Notes: generated from the sequence alone by a model not told the origin. DNA of 64,000 bases from an uncultured Fodinibius sp. (GCA_913056235.1 CAJXMW010000004.1:334364-398363); one strand, 5' to 3'; counted from the first letter of the stretch, positions 1 through 9,902 are shown. Program-made: numbers and translations.

Positions 1-2
1 GT

Positions 3-407
3 GAGGTGGTAGTGACCAAGGAAATTACGACGACCGGGGATCCTGCAGCAATACAGCTAAGCGTCGACCAAAAAACGCTGTCGGCCAATCACCGGGATGT
101 GGCCCACCTGAAGGTTGAAGTAGTGGATGAGAATGGCAATGTCGTTCCCCGTGCAGATAACGAGATCACCTTCGAAGTGGAAGGTGAGGGGAAGCTTATC
201 GGCATTGGTAATGGAAATCCTCGGGACCATACCTCGCATAAAGCCAACCACCGGAAGGCATTTAATGGATTGGCGCTGGCTATCATCCAGGCCACGGGTA
301 AGCCGGGCTCCATCACGATTACAGCTCGTGTTGATGGATCGAAGAACCAGAAGATTACGATTCAGACGCAAAAAAATGGTGACACCTTCAACTACTGGAC
401 CGAATGA
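3..407 (+). CDS. Glycoside hydrolase family 2 (beta-galactosidase-like), C-terminal Ig-like domain; 5' partial
   Basis: The frame is open from the window start. Motifs 'VEVVDENGNVVPRADNEITFEVEGEGKLIGIGNGNP' and 'RKAFNGLALAIIQ' are typical GH2 C-terminal sequence, and it precedes Leloir-pathway genes. Confidence 0.85.
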   Translation, partial: EVVVTKEITTTGDPAAIQLSVDQKTLSANHRDVAHLKVEVVDENGNVVPRADNEITFEVEGEGKLIGIGNGNPRDHTSHKANHRKAFNGLALAIIQATGKPGSITITARVDGSKNQKITIQTQKNGDTFNYWTE

Positions 408-445
408 CAGCTTCGCAAAGCAAGTATAAAACCTAGACTCACAAA

Positions 446-1435
446 ATGGCCATGAGTACAAATATCTTGGATATCGACGAACTCAAAAAGCATTCGTCAT
501 CTGTTGTTGAGTTGGAAAATGATGAGCTCAAACTCTCACTTATACCCGAAATGGGGGGCAAAATACTGACTTTGGAGCGAAAGGATACCGGCACTCAGTT
601 TTTGCATCAAGGGGATATTGATTTAACCAATTATCGGAGGCCTGAAAAAGGGGAAGCCTTTTTACCGCCATTTGCTGCAGGATTTGATGAGTGTTTCCCC
701 AATGTTTCGCCTTCCGATTACCGTTTTAAGGGAGAAAATCGAAAGTTGCCCGATCATGGTGAATTGTGGACACAGGCTTGGAATTATGATCACAAGAAGG
801 ATGAGATACTACTTTGGACACGCGGGCAGAAACTTAACTACCGTTTTGCCAAGCATATACAACTTTCAGGATCTTCGGTAGAAATCACCTATGAGCTGGA
901 GTGTTTGGAAGAAGTGCCCTTCGATTATATCTGGTCAGCTCATCCGCTGCTCGATGTCACAGAAGGAGATGAACTATTACTTCCGAATGAAATTACCGAC
1001 TTGCTCATAAATTGGTCATCTGATCCCGCAGCGGGAAGTTTCGGAGAAAAAGTAGAATGGCCAAACATACTTGGTAATGATTCGAATATTGATTTTAATT
1101 ACGTACAAAAGAAGTCAGCCGGTATGGCCATCAAACTCTTTTCAGATCGGCTTTCGCAAGGCAAAGCGGGGCTGTACAAAAAAGAGACGGATGAATCGCT
1201 GCTGTTTTCCTTTGATGTTGACCAAGTCCCTTTTTTGGGTATTTGGCTATGTTACGGCGGATGGCCGGAAAATAGTTCGTCAAAGGAATACACGGTGGCT
1301 TTGGAACCGTGCAGCGGTCGGCCTGATTCTCTTGAAGAGGCCTGTCACTGGGGCGATCAGCGGCAAATTTCGCCTTCTGCCATTAAATGTTGGCAACTTC
1401 AAATAGATATCGCTGACGGTAAGATTAATCTATAG
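446..1435 (+). CDS. Galactose mutarotase-like (aldose 1-epimerase fold) protein
   Basis: Motifs GGFDECFP-like 'AGFDECFP', 'PDHGELW', 'WSAHPLL' and 'VALEP' are present, in gal-operon context. Confidence 0.75.
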   Translation: MAMSTNILDIDELKKHSSSVVELENDELKLSLIPEMGGKILTLERKDTGTQFLHQGDIDLTNYRRPEKGEAFLPPFAAGFDECFPNVSPSDYRFKGENRKLPDHGELWTQAWNYDHKKDEILLWTRGQKLNYRFAKHIQLSGSSVEITYELECLEEVPFDYIWSAHPLLDVTEGDELLLPNEITDLLINWSSDPAAGSFGEKVEWPNILGNDSNIDFNYVQKKSAGMAIKLFSDRLSQGKAGLYKKETDESLLFSFDVDQVPFLGIWLCYGGWPENSSSKEYTVALEPCSGRPDSLEEACHWGDQRQISPSAIKCWQLQIDIADGKINL

Positions 1436-1449
1436 ACACAAAATAATTT

Positions 1450-3087
1450 ATGGGTTTTACAATAATCGACACTATTGTTTTCTGCCTGTATTGCGCCGTT
1501 ATCGTAGGTATCGGCTTATGGGTATCTCAGGATGAAGAAGGGCATCAAAAAAATGCTGAAGATTACTTTTTAGCCAGTAAATCGCTGCCTTGGTGGGCAA
1601 TCGGTGCTTCCCTGATTGCAGCAAATATCTCTGCCGAGCAGATTATTGGGATGTCTGGTTCCGGTTTTGCAGTGGGATTGGCCATCGCCTCCTATGAATG
1701 GATGGCAGCAATTACATTAATTATTGTTGGAAAATACTTTCTGCCGATATTTATTGAGAAAGAGATTTTTACAATTCCGGAATTTGTTGAAAAACGGTTT
1801 AATACTACGCTCAAAACGATCTTGGCGGTCTTCTGGATTGCCTTGTTCGTGTTTGTTAATCTCACCACGGTGCTGTACCTCGGCGCCTTGGCACTTGATA
1901 CCATCATGGGTACGGGCGACGGCAGTTTGTTGGTGTATGCTCTCATTGGCTTATCAGCTATTGCTGCTGCTTATTCACTCTATGGTGGACTTTCGGCCGT
2001 AGCCTGGACCGACGTTCTACAGGTGGGCTTGCTCGTACTGGGTGGACTGGTCGTGACCTTTGCCGGCCTCTATCACCTTACGCCGGATGGGGGAATCATC
2101 GACGGCATTACACATCTTTATGAAGTAGCCGGCGACAAGTTTCAGATGATACTTGATCGTTCGAATCCCGAGTTTAATAACTTGCCCGGTATAGCGGTTC
2201 TTATTGGCGGCATGTGGGTGGCCAACCTCTACTACTGGGGATTCAACCAGTACATTATTCAGCGGACGCTGGCAGCCAAATCACTGGAGGAATCACAAAA
2301 GGGAATCATTTTTGCAGGATTTTTGAAGTTACTTATCCCGCTTATTGTAGTGATTCCTGGTATCATCGTTTATGTACTGTTCAACCAGCCTGAAGGTACC
2401 ACCCAGATGTCGGGCATTGTAGATGTGTTTACTCAGCCCGATGGCAGTATTAAGTATGATAATGCCTATCCCTGGCTTATGAAAGTGTTTTTGTCTCCCG
2501 GTTTCCTGGGACTGGTGGTAGCTGCGCTCGCAGCGGCGATCGTTTCATCGGTGGCATCGATGCTCAACTCGGTGGCAACGATCTTTACCATGGATATCTA
2601 TATTCCCTATATCAACCCGGATGCTACGGATAAAGAAACTGTCAACATGGGCCGTATATCTGCCGGGGTAGCCTTGGTTACGGCAATTATTGTAGCACCT
2701 CAGCTTGATAACGTACCCCAGGTTTTTCAGTATATCCAAGAATACACGGGAATGGTGAGCCCGGGGATATTAGCAGTATTCCTGATGGGACTGTTCTGGA
2801 AGAAAACAACTGCTAAAGGAGCAATTTACGGGGTACTGGTCTCTATTGTAATAGCGGTCTTCTTGAAATCACCAGCCGTACAGCTACCTTTTTTGGATCA
2901 GATGTTTTATACCCTCATCGCTACAATGGCGATTATTGTGGGCGTAAGTCTCACTACCAATCCTCATGATGAGGATCCCAAAGCGATCCATACCACCGCT
3001 GATATGTTCCAAACCACTCCGGCCTTTAATATTGGTGCTTACGTGATTCTGGTCATTGTAGCGGTACTCTATGCTGTATTCTGGTAA
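1450..3087 (+). CDS. Sodium:solute symporter (SSS family, probable Na+/galactose or glucose symporter)
   Basis: 'EDYFLASKSLPWWAIGASLIAANISAEQIIGMSGSG' and 'YYWGFNQYIIQRTLAAKS' are vSGLT-type signatures; many TM segments. Confidence 0.9.
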   Translation: MGFTIIDTIVFCLYCAVIVGIGLWVSQDEEGHQKNAEDYFLASKSLPWWAIGASLIAANISAEQIIGMSGSGFAVGLAIASYEWMAAITLIIVGKYFLPIFIEKEIFTIPEFVEKRFNTTLKTILAVFWIALFVFVNLTTVLYLGALALDTIMGTGDGSLLVYALIGLSAIAAAYSLYGGLSAVAWTDVLQVGLLVLGGLVVTFAGLYHLTPDGGIIDGITHLYEVAGDKFQMILDRSNPEFNNLPGIAVLIGGMWVANLYYWGFNQYIIQRTLAAKSLEESQKGIIFAGFLKLLIPLIVVIPGIIVYVLFNQPEGTTQMSGIVDVFTQPDGSIKYDNAYPWLMKVFLSPGFLGLVVAALAAAIVSSVASMLNSVATIFTMDIYIPYINPDATDKETVNMGRISAGVALVTAIIVAPQLDNVPQVFQYIQEYTGMVSPGILAVFLMGLFWKKTTAKGAIYGVLVSIVIAVFLKSPAVQLPFLDQMFYTLIATMAIIVGVSLTTNPHDEDPKAIHTTADMFQTTPAFNIGAYVILVIVAVLYAVFW

Positions 3088-3112
3088 ACATGAATAATGA
3101 GAAGTATACAAA

Positions 3113-4294
3113 ATGAAAAAACTGAGTAACCAAATAACTAATGAGTTTGAGCAACGGTTTGGAGATGATTACCTGCTAATCAAGTCACCAGGCAGGGTGA
3201 ACCTTATCGGTGAGCATACGGATTATAACGAAGGTTTTGTGCTCCCGGCCGCTGTAAACAAAAACATTGTGCTTGCGATGAAAGAGAATGGCACGCAGCA
3301 AGCCCGTTTCTATGCCGTTGATAAGGAAGAGTCATTCGAGACCGATATTTCGGGTGATCTTGAGGAATCGGGTCTCGGTTGGCCGGATTATTTGCTCGGG
3401 GTTATTGATCAGCTTCGCAAGCACGGCTATGAGATCAATGGCTTCGATTGTGTTTTTGGCGGCGATATTCCCATTGGGGCTGGTATGTCGTCATCGGCGG
3501 CGCTCGAAGGGGGCGTTCTTTTTGGATTGGACCAGCTCAGAGATCTGAAAATCGGTCCGGTGGAGATGGCTAAAATTGCCCAGAAGGCCGAAAATGATTT
3601 TGTGGGCGTGCAGTGTGGTATCATGGATCAGTTTGTGAGTCTCAACGGTAAAAAAGGTCATGCCCTTAAGCTCGATTGTCGTTCGCTCGATTACGAGTTT
3701 TATCCCTTTGATCAGCAGGATGTTCATATTGTGCTTTGCGACACCGGGGTGCGGCGTGAGCTGGCGACATCAGAATATAATGTGCGTAGACAGCAGTGTG
3801 AGCAGGGCGTCGCAGCTCTCCAGGAGTTTGATCCTGACATTAATAGTCTGCGGGATGTTGATCTCGATTTCCTAATTTTGCATCAGCAGGATCTGGATCC
3901 CATCGTATTTAAGCGCTGCAAGTATGTGGTAGAAGAAAACAGACGTGTGCTACAGGCCTGCAACGATCTGGACAGGGACGATCTGGCTTCTTTTGGTCAA
4001 CGGATGTTTCAGTCTCATATTGGGCTACGCAACGAATACGAAGTGAGTTGCAAAGAGCTTAATACCTTGGTTGATATCGCCTGGGATATCAAGGGCGTTA
4101 TCGGCTCTCGCATGATGGGAGGAGGCTTTGGGGGGTGTACCATTAACTTGGTTAAGGATCAGCAATTGGAGACGTTTGTGGGACAGATCACTGACCAATA
4201 TGAGGAGGCCCTGGGAGAATCCGTGAAAATTTACAAGACCAAAGTGTCCGGTGGAACCCATCTGCTGAACTCGAAAGATTTAGCGAGTACGTAA
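3113..4294 (+). CDS. galK: Galactokinase
   Basis: Motifs 'PGRVNLIGEHTDYNEGFVLP', 'PIGAGMSSSAA', 'CGIMDQF' and 'RMMGGGFGGC'. Confidence 0.97.
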   Translation: MKKLSNQITNEFEQRFGDDYLLIKSPGRVNLIGEHTDYNEGFVLPAAVNKNIVLAMKENGTQQARFYAVDKEESFETDISGDLEESGLGWPDYLLGVIDQLRKHGYEINGFDCVFGGDIPIGAGMSSSAALEGGVLFGLDQLRDLKIGPVEMAKIAQKAENDFVGVQCGIMDQFVSLNGKKGHALKLDCRSLDYEFYPFDQQDVHIVLCDTGVRRELATSEYNVRRQQCEQGVAALQEFDPDINSLRDVDLDFLILHQQDLDPIVFKRCKYVVEENRRVLQACNDLDRDDLASFGQRMFQSHIGLRNEYEVSCKELNTLVDIAWDIKGVIGSRMMGGGFGGCTINLVKDQQLETFVGQITDQYEEALGESVKIYKTKVSGGTHLLNSKDLAST

Positions 4295-4312
4295 TTTTTT
4301 GTATTAACCTAA

Positions 4313-5371
4313 TTGACCAACATATTTATGGCACTCGATCTCGATAATCATCCACACCGTCGCTGGAATTCACTGACCGGAGAATGGGTGCAGGTTTCGC
4401 CCCACCGGGCCAAACGTCCCTGGCAGGGCAAGCAAGAGGAAACGCCCGGAGAAGAAAAGCCAAAATACGATCCGGAATGCTATTTGTGTCCCGGAAACAA
4501 TCGAGCCGGGGATGCAAAGAATCCGGAGTTTGAATCGACCTTCGTGTTTACCAACGATTTTAGTGCCTTAAAACCCGATACGCCTTCGGAGACGATCAAA
4601 GACGGCGACCTGTTGTATGCCAAGGGCGAAAAAGGTATCTGCCGGGTTATTTGCTTTTCACCGCGCCACGATTTGACGTTACCCGAGATGGAACTTTCCC
4701 AGATACGCGAAGTGGTAGATCTCTGGACAAAGGAGTATACTGAGCTGGGCGACCGTGACTACATCAACTATGTGCAGATATTTGAGAATAAAGGTGAGAT
4801 TATGGGATGCAGCAACCCGCATCCGCACGGACAAATATGGGCGCAGCAGACCATCCCAGACGAGCCATCGAAAGAGCTCAAGCGGCAGATCAATTATTAT
4901 GAGGAGCACGATAAAACTTTGCTAGGCGACTATTTGGATCTTGAGCTGGAACGCGATGAACGGGTGGTGGTAGAGAATGAGCACTTTGTGGTTGTCGTGC
5001 CGTATTGGGCCTTCTGGCCGTTTGAGACACTGCTTATCAGTCGTCGGCCGTTCAGTCGATTTACCGATATGAGTGATGCCGAAAAGGACGGATTGGCCGA
5101 TATTGTCAAACAGATTACCGTGAAGTACGACAATATCTTCGAGGTTTCATTTCCATATTCGGCCGGTTTTCATCCCGCCCCCACCGATGGCAAAGAGCAT
5201 CCTGAGTGGCACTTTCATATGCATTTTTATCCACCGTTGCTGCGATCGGCTACGGTCAAGAAGTTTCGGGTGGGATATGAGATGCTGGGTACGCCACAGC
5301 GTGATATTACTCCTGAGGCCAGCGCAGATTTAATTAAGTCGTTGTCAGATACGCATTACAAAAAACAATAG
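4313..5371 (+). CDS. galT: Galactose-1-phosphate uridylyltransferase (start may be ATG 4328)
   Basis: '[25 protein letters not shown]' and catalytic '[12 protein letters not shown]'. Confidence 0.97.
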   Translation: MTNIFMALDLDNHPHRRWNSLTGEWVQVSPHRAKRPWQGKQEETPGEEKPKYDPECYLCPGNNRAGDAKNPEFESTFVFTNDFSALKPDTPSETIKDGDLLYAKGEKGICRVICFSPRHDLTLPEMELSQIREVVDLWTKEYTELGDRDYINYVQIFENKGEIMGCSNPHPHGQIWAQQTIPDEPSKELKRQINYYEEHDKTLLGDYLDLELERDERVVVENEHFVVVVPYWAFWPFETLLISRRPFSRFTDMSDAEKDGLADIVKQITVKYDNIFEVSFPYSAGFHPAPTDGKEHPEWHFHMHFYPPLLRSATVKKFRVGYEMLGTPQRDITPEASADLIKSLSDTHYKKQ

Positions 5372-5696
5372 CAGGGAGGTTTGCTAGGCGGATTTACCTG
5401 AAAGTTTCATCTCGACAAATATCATATTTCTATAGCTATCCTACAAAGAGGTTGAGAGTTCCTCGATGTAATACTAAACAGGATGGATATGAAGATATTA
5501 GAATGTGCTGAATTAGGGCAGAAATGAAACTATGTAATCAGGATTAACATCTAACATAACTGACGAAGCCATGTAGCTGGTCGCCGATCATGCAGAACGG
5601 TTCTTAAATTATAGTCAACTGATCAAGCCATGACAAAATAGGTCAAGTCGATTATGGGGAATAGGGATGGAAGTCATAGGAAGGAGGAGAGCTAAA

Positions 5697-5942
5697 TCAT
5701 CCTGTGACCAACGTTTCTTTTTCTTCTTTTGAGAATTGTTTGATCTCATGTTCACGCTTACACGCTTCGGAGCGGTCAGGGTGTTCTTCGATAAATACTA
5801 CTGACTGTGGTTCGTGGGCTTGTAAGTATCTAGCGCCATTACCTTGTTTATGTTGATGCCAACGGCGGATCAGATGATTTGTACTGCCTGTATAAAGACT
5901 TTGGTCCTTACAACGGATAATATATACAAACCATTGTTTCAT
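5697..5942 (-). CDS. Stand-alone GIY-YIG nuclease (UPF0213-like)
   Basis: 'WFVYIIRCKDQSLYTGSTNHLIRRWHQH' and 'RSEACKREHEIK'; start taken at ATG 5942. Confidence 0.85.
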   Translation of the reverse strand: MKQWFVYIIRCKDQSLYTGSTNHLIRRWHQHKQGNGARYLQAHEPQSVVFIEEHPDRSEACKREHEIKQFSKEEKETLVTG

Positions 5943-6009
5943 AAATGAGAGAGTGGCCGACGAATGATTAAATAAAGCTTGCAATTTACTTAATTACCAA
6001 TCAACACAA

Positions 6010-6040
6010 AAACCCTGCAAGTCAACGACTTACAGGGTTT
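6010..6040 (-). terminator. Inverted repeat, probable native tRNA-Val terminator displaced by the integrated element
   Basis: AAACCCTGCAAGTC-aac-GACTTACAGGGTTT (one mismatch) lies immediately beyond the duplicated tRNA 3' end. Confidence 0.65.
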
Positions 6041-6042
6041 TA

Positions 6043-6056
6043 AGTGGGTGCTACTG
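6043..6056. repeat. att core, left copy (AGTGGGTGCTACTG)
   Basis: Identical 14-mer at 14751-14764, which overlaps the 3' end of tRNA-Val. Confidence 0.85.
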
Positions 6057-6170
6057 AACTTAAATAGTACATCAGCATTCCCCACTATTCCTGTTAATAT
6101 CCCGTCTATTCTATTTAAACAAACTTTTTGAACTGAGCTTCACAAGACATAAGTAGCATAAAACAATAAA

Positions 6171-6212
6171 TGTTTGTACCTTTTAGGGTATTGGTACAAA
6201 CAAGTACAAACA
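6171..6212. promoter_or_regulatory. Putative integrase arm-type sites, left
   Basis: TGTTTGTACC (6171-6180), inverted GGTACAAACA (6193-6202) and AGTACAAACA (6203-6212); the same motif recurs near the right att. Confidence 0.55.
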
Positions 6213-6222
6213 ACATCTACTT

Positions 6223-7536
6223 ATGGGATTAACTATTGGACTTACTCAGTTGAAACGTAAAAAGCGTAAAGACGGTACAATTCCTGTTTACGTTCGATTC
6301 ACTGAAGATAGAAAATCACGTTACAAAAGTACAGGTATTGCGATAAAAAAGAAGTATTGGTTAGGCAAAAAAGATGCGTGGGTTTCATCTTCACATGATC
6401 GAAGTGAGCAATTGAATAGAAAGCTAAAAAATCAACTTACTGAAATATACAAAGTTGAGGAACAGCTTTATAAAAATGAACAGCTTAGCCTGGATCGTAT
6501 TATTAGTACCCTTTCAGATGATAAAGATCCGCGCTCCATTCTACACAAGGCTGAGGAGTATAAACAGCACCTGAAAGAAGATGATCGGTATTGGGAGCAG
6601 CGCCACTTTACAGTAGTGATTAACAACCTGGATTCATTCATTGATGATAGAGGGAAATCAGATCAGTTAGATCAACTTAATTCTGAATGGATTGAACATT
6701 GGCAGCAATGGTTACTTAAAGAAGTTGGTAACGGGAATAATACCGTTCGTAAAAAGCTGCAACGCTTAAAAGGAATGACTGACTGGCTATATGATAGTGG
6801 AGATATAAAAACCAATCCGTTCGAGCGCGTGGATCGTGTTGAATCAAAGAAAACTAATAATAAGGTCAAGCTATCCTTTGACCAGATAAAAGCTATTGAA
6901 AGTTTGAGTTTAGAACGTGGCTCGGATCTATGGCACACTCGGAATTATTTTATGTATTCATTTTATAATGCCGGTATCCGGTTTGGTGATCTTTGTTGCT
7001 TAAAATGGGAAAATCTCATTGATGGGCGGTTGGTTTATCAGATGAATAAGACTGAGCAACAAAAAAGCATCAACCAACTGCAACCGATGTACCGGCTATT
7101 AATTCACTATGTCAGCAACGTTGGTGAGTATGTATCCTTTTCTAAATGGCAGCCCAACCTACAGCGACCAGTTGACCCTGTAGATAGCTGTTTGAAATAT
7201 ATTGTTATTGCTTATTCAAAAGACCATAACAGTGATTACATCCTTCCCATATTGGAGCAGCATCATTCCGACCCCCAAGAGCTACGTAAGCGAATAAGTA
7301 GTAAAAATGTGATCGTAAACAGGCACTTAAAAACAATTGCCGGTAAGGCTTCGATTCAGGCTAATATCTCATTCCATGTTAGTAGACATTCCTTTGCACA
7401 CTATGCACTTAAAAAGGGAATGGATTTATATGCTATCAGTAAAGCATTAGGTCATTCAGATTTGAAGGTTACAGAGGAATATATAAAGACCTTTGATGAA
7501 GAGATGCTGGATCAATCAATGAATCAATTATTCTAA
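6223..7536 (+). CDS. int: Tyrosine recombinase/integrase (Arm-DNA-binding + SAM-like + catalytic domains)
   Basis: N-terminal 'RKDGTIPVYVRFTEDRKSRYKSTGI'. Catalytic R (GIRFGDL), HxxR (HVSRHSFA), LGHS and Y (TEEY) are all intact. Confidence 0.95.
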   Translation: MGLTIGLTQLKRKKRKDGTIPVYVRFTEDRKSRYKSTGIAIKKKYWLGKKDAWVSSSHDRSEQLNRKLKNQLTEIYKVEEQLYKNEQLSLDRIISTLSDDKDPRSILHKAEEYKQHLKEDDRYWEQRHFTVVINNLDSFIDDRGKSDQLDQLNSEWIEHWQQWLLKEVGNGNNTVRKKLQRLKGMTDWLYDSGDIKTNPFERVDRVESKKTNNKVKLSFDQIKAIESLSLERGSDLWHTRNYFMYSFYNAGIRFGDLCCLKWENLIDGRLVYQMNKTEQQKSINQLQPMYRLLIHYVSNVGEYVSFSKWQPNLQRPVDPVDSCLKYIVIAYSKDHNSDYILPILEQHHSDPQELRKRISSKNVIVNRHLKTIAGKASIQANISFHVSRHSFAHYALKKGMDLYAISKALGHSDLKVTEEYIKTFDEEMLDQSMNQLF

Positions 7537-7549
7537 AACAGATATAACA

Positions 7550-8065
7550 ATGAGTATTTTTTCAGATGCCTTAAAATCATATCAAGATAATCGGTTTCAA
7601 GCCAATCAGAAGAAAGCTGAACAGTTAGATAATCTTTTAGAACGAATTTTGTTTTGGAAGAAATGCCTGAAAGAGGCTAAGCAAAAACAAGGGTTTAATA
7701 AAAAGTATCGTAATCAAATTAAAGCAGAAATAGCGTATTTAGAAGAGAAGATGGAGCTATCGAAAAGAGAGACTCAGAAATCTAAAAATGATAGTGATAA
7801 TTCAACAAAAGAGAATGAATCAAAATCCTATCCTTTAATAGATGAGTTTGTTACTCTTTTTTGTGAAGATACTAAATATTCAAAAAATGCTGTTAGAACT
7901 TACTTGATTGAATGGCAGAAAAGAGAAAATATTTCAAGTCAAAGAGCAAAGAGCAAAAAAGCAGCTATAGAAAAGTGTCCGAAGTTAAAAAATCCAGCTG
8001 AAGGAACATTCATAAATTGGGAAGAAAAATGGACTGAATTTCGTAAGAGTCGCACAGGAAAATAA
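7550..8065 (+). CDS. Hypothetical protein of the element (possible regulator)
   Basis: 171-aa ORF directly after int; N-terminal coiled-coil character and a basic C-terminus. No family recognised. Confidence 0.6.
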   Translation: MSIFSDALKSYQDNRFQANQKKAEQLDNLLERILFWKKCLKEAKQKQGFNKKYRNQIKAEIAYLEEKMELSKRETQKSKNDSDNSTKENESKSYPLIDEFVTLFCEDTKYSKNAVRTYLIEWQKRENISSQRAKSKKAAIEKCPKLKNPAEGTFINWEEKWTEFRKSRTGK

Positions 8066-8069
8066 CTAA

Positions 8070-8167
8070 TCAACCTATTTTCAACGAATTTTCAACAAAC
8101 TTTCAACGCTCTTTTAATAGACCCTTGTAGCCTCCTACCTTAAACTGCTTACAGAGAAAATTTCAAC
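8070..8167 (+). promoter_or_regulatory. Phased (T)TTCAAC direct repeats upstream of the xis-like gene
   Basis: TCAAC at 8070, 8081, 8092 and 8103 (11-bp period), plus TTTCAAC at 8161. Confidence 0.55.
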
Positions 8168-8182
8168 TAAATCTGTAAGCAA

Positions 8183-8485
8183 ATGCCTACTACTTATTTC
8201 CCTTCAAAAACCGAGTTCGAAGAAACGATCGAGGAAAAATTTCAGCAAGTCGTTTCAGAAAAATTACCGTCCTTAGTACGCGCTGCAACGGAAAAAAAGT
8301 ACTTAACCATTTCCGAGGTTTGCGACCTTTTAGATTGTAGCCGGCGACATCTTCAATATCTTCGAGATTCAGGTCAAATTGGCTACGTTAAAAACGGCCG
8401 AAAAGTGTATTTCAGGCGTGAAGATCTGGAAGAGTTTTTCACCGAAAACTATGTACCGGCTAAAGATGAAGGGGTGAAAAAATGA
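8183..8485 (+). CDS. Excisionase-like helix-turn-helix protein (HTH_17 type)
   Basis: 'YLTISEVCDLLDCSRRHLQYLRDSGQIGYVKNGRKVYFRREDLEEF'. Confidence 0.85.
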   Translation: MPTTYFPSKTEFEETIEEKFQQVVSEKLPSLVRAATEKKYLTISEVCDLLDCSRRHLQYLRDSGQIGYVKNGRKVYFRREDLEEFFTENYVPAKDEGVKK

Positions 8486-8700
8486 AACAGCCCGATTTTA
8501 CCCGGGCTGCTGAATCTCTGTATTCGTTTGACAAGAACGACTGTATAGAGAATGTAAGCAAGCCCACCGACTTTAGCAATTTATCCGGCCGCCCGTCGCT
8601 TATTCCGGGAGTGGAATATCCACTTTCAGAAAAGGAAGAGCAGCTTTTAGATAAAGCATGGCAACATTTCTGCAATATGAAATTACGGGGGGTATTATGA
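8482..8700 (+). CDS. Small hypothetical protein
   Basis: 72-aa ORF with ATGA overlaps to both neighbours (8482-8485 and 8697-8700), consistent with translational coupling. Confidence 0.6.
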   Translation: MKQPDFTRAAESLYSFDKNDCIENVSKPTDFSNLSGRPSLIPGVEYPLSEKEEQLLDKAWQHFCNMKLRGVL

Positions 8701-9902
8701 AGCATCACATTCCAGAAGAAGAAGATTTTAGCAATATACCGTTAATTGGTGAAGAGCACCACCAAACAAATGGTACGGCCTCAAAGTCAAATAAAACTAA
8801 AAAGGATGATAGCAGCGATTCTGAGGCGTTCCAACCGGTTGAACCGTACCAACACCCCGTTGATGGATCAGAGGTTGCTCAGGATATCAAAGACACCCTA
8901 ACTAAGTACTTGGTATTGCCTGAAGATGCCGACACTGCAATCACATTGTGGGTATTGTTTTCATATACCTTTGATGACTTCGATGTTTGCCCTATTCTGG
9001 CTATCACTTCACCTGAAAAACGATGTGGAAAAACGTCGCTGCTGGCCTTGCTCACAGCACTATGTCAAAAGGTGCTGGCAGGTTCCAATATTACACCGGC
9101 CGCAACCTTTCGAGCGATTGAGAAGTGGCAACCGACATTATTAGTTGATGAAGCCGATACCTTTCTGAATCAAAAAGAGGAACTGCGAGGGATTCTAAAT
9201 TCAGGCCATACCCGGCCAACGGCTTTTGTAACCAGAGCTGTTTCACAAGGTAAAAAGTTTGATGTAAAAAGATTCAGTACATGGACACCAAAGGCCATTG
9301 CTCTTATTGGTAAACTTACCGATACCCTGGAGGATAGATCAATCCGGGTAAAGATGCGTCGCAAAAAGAAAAATGAGTTCCGGGAACGGATACGATATTC
9401 ACAATTGAATAGTGAGTTGGAAGAACTCAGAAAAAAGATTGCAAAATGGGCAACGGAATTTGAACCAACATATCAATTTGAAGTTCCTGAGAAGTTGGAT
9501 GATAGAGCTGCTGACAATTGGTTACCGTTGCTATCCATTGCCGATGATGTAGGATGGACTGAGCAAGCCATAGAAGCCGCTGAGAATCTATCCGGAACGC
9601 CTGACACTCAGACATATCAAACGATGCTTTTAGAGGATATTCAGAAAATATTTTCAGGTGAGTGGAGGCAAAAAGATCATCCAACGGATAAAGTATTTAC
9701 TACTGATTTACTTGAAAAACTAAATGGGAAACCAGACAAACCGTGGTGCGAATTTAGTAATGGGCAAAACATGACAGCACGGAAATTGAGTGTCATGTTG
9801 AAGCCATTTGAGATTAGCTCAGACAATGTATCAATCAACGGTACGAGATTAAAAGGATTCACAAAAAATGACTTTGAAGATGCTTTCGACCGCTATTTAT
9901 AG
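8697..9902 (+). CDS. DUF3631-domain replication protein (P-loop, helicase-like)
   Basis: 'AITLWVLFSY', 'ILAITSPEKRCGKTSLL', 'PTLLVDEAD', 'LRGILNSGH' and 'LDDRAADNWLPLLSIAD'; start at coupled ATG 8697. Confidence 0.8.
   Translation: MKHHIPEEEDFSNIPLIGEEHHQTNGTASKSNKTKKDDSSDSEAFQPVEPYQHPVDGSEVAQDIKDTLTKYLVLPEDADTAITLWVLFSYTFDDFDVCPILAITSPEKRCGKTSLLALLTALCQKVLAGSNITPAATFRAIEKWQPTLLVDEADTFLNQKEELRGILNSGHTRPTAFVTRAVSQGKKFDVKRFSTWTPKAIALIGKLTDTLEDRSIRVKMRRKKKNEFRERIRYSQLNSELEELRKKIAKWATEFEPTYQFEVPEKLDDRAADNWLPLLSIADDVGWTEQAIEAAENLSGTPDTQTYQTMLLEDIQKIFSGEWRQKDHPTDKVFTTDLLEKLNGKPDKPWCEFSNGQNMTARKLSVMLKPFEISSDNVSINGTRLKGFTKNDFEDAFDRYL

Noticed and set aside
5697-5942. GIY-YIG nuclease as satellite cargo or a homing endonuclease
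   Set aside because: It lies outside the left att core and beyond the displaced terminator; it is a short stand-alone UPF0213-like domain.
8070-8107. TCAAC repeats as a mini-CRISPR
   Set aside because: The unit is 5-7 nt with 4-6 nt spacers and there are no cas genes. No CRISPR-like array was seen anywhere in the window.
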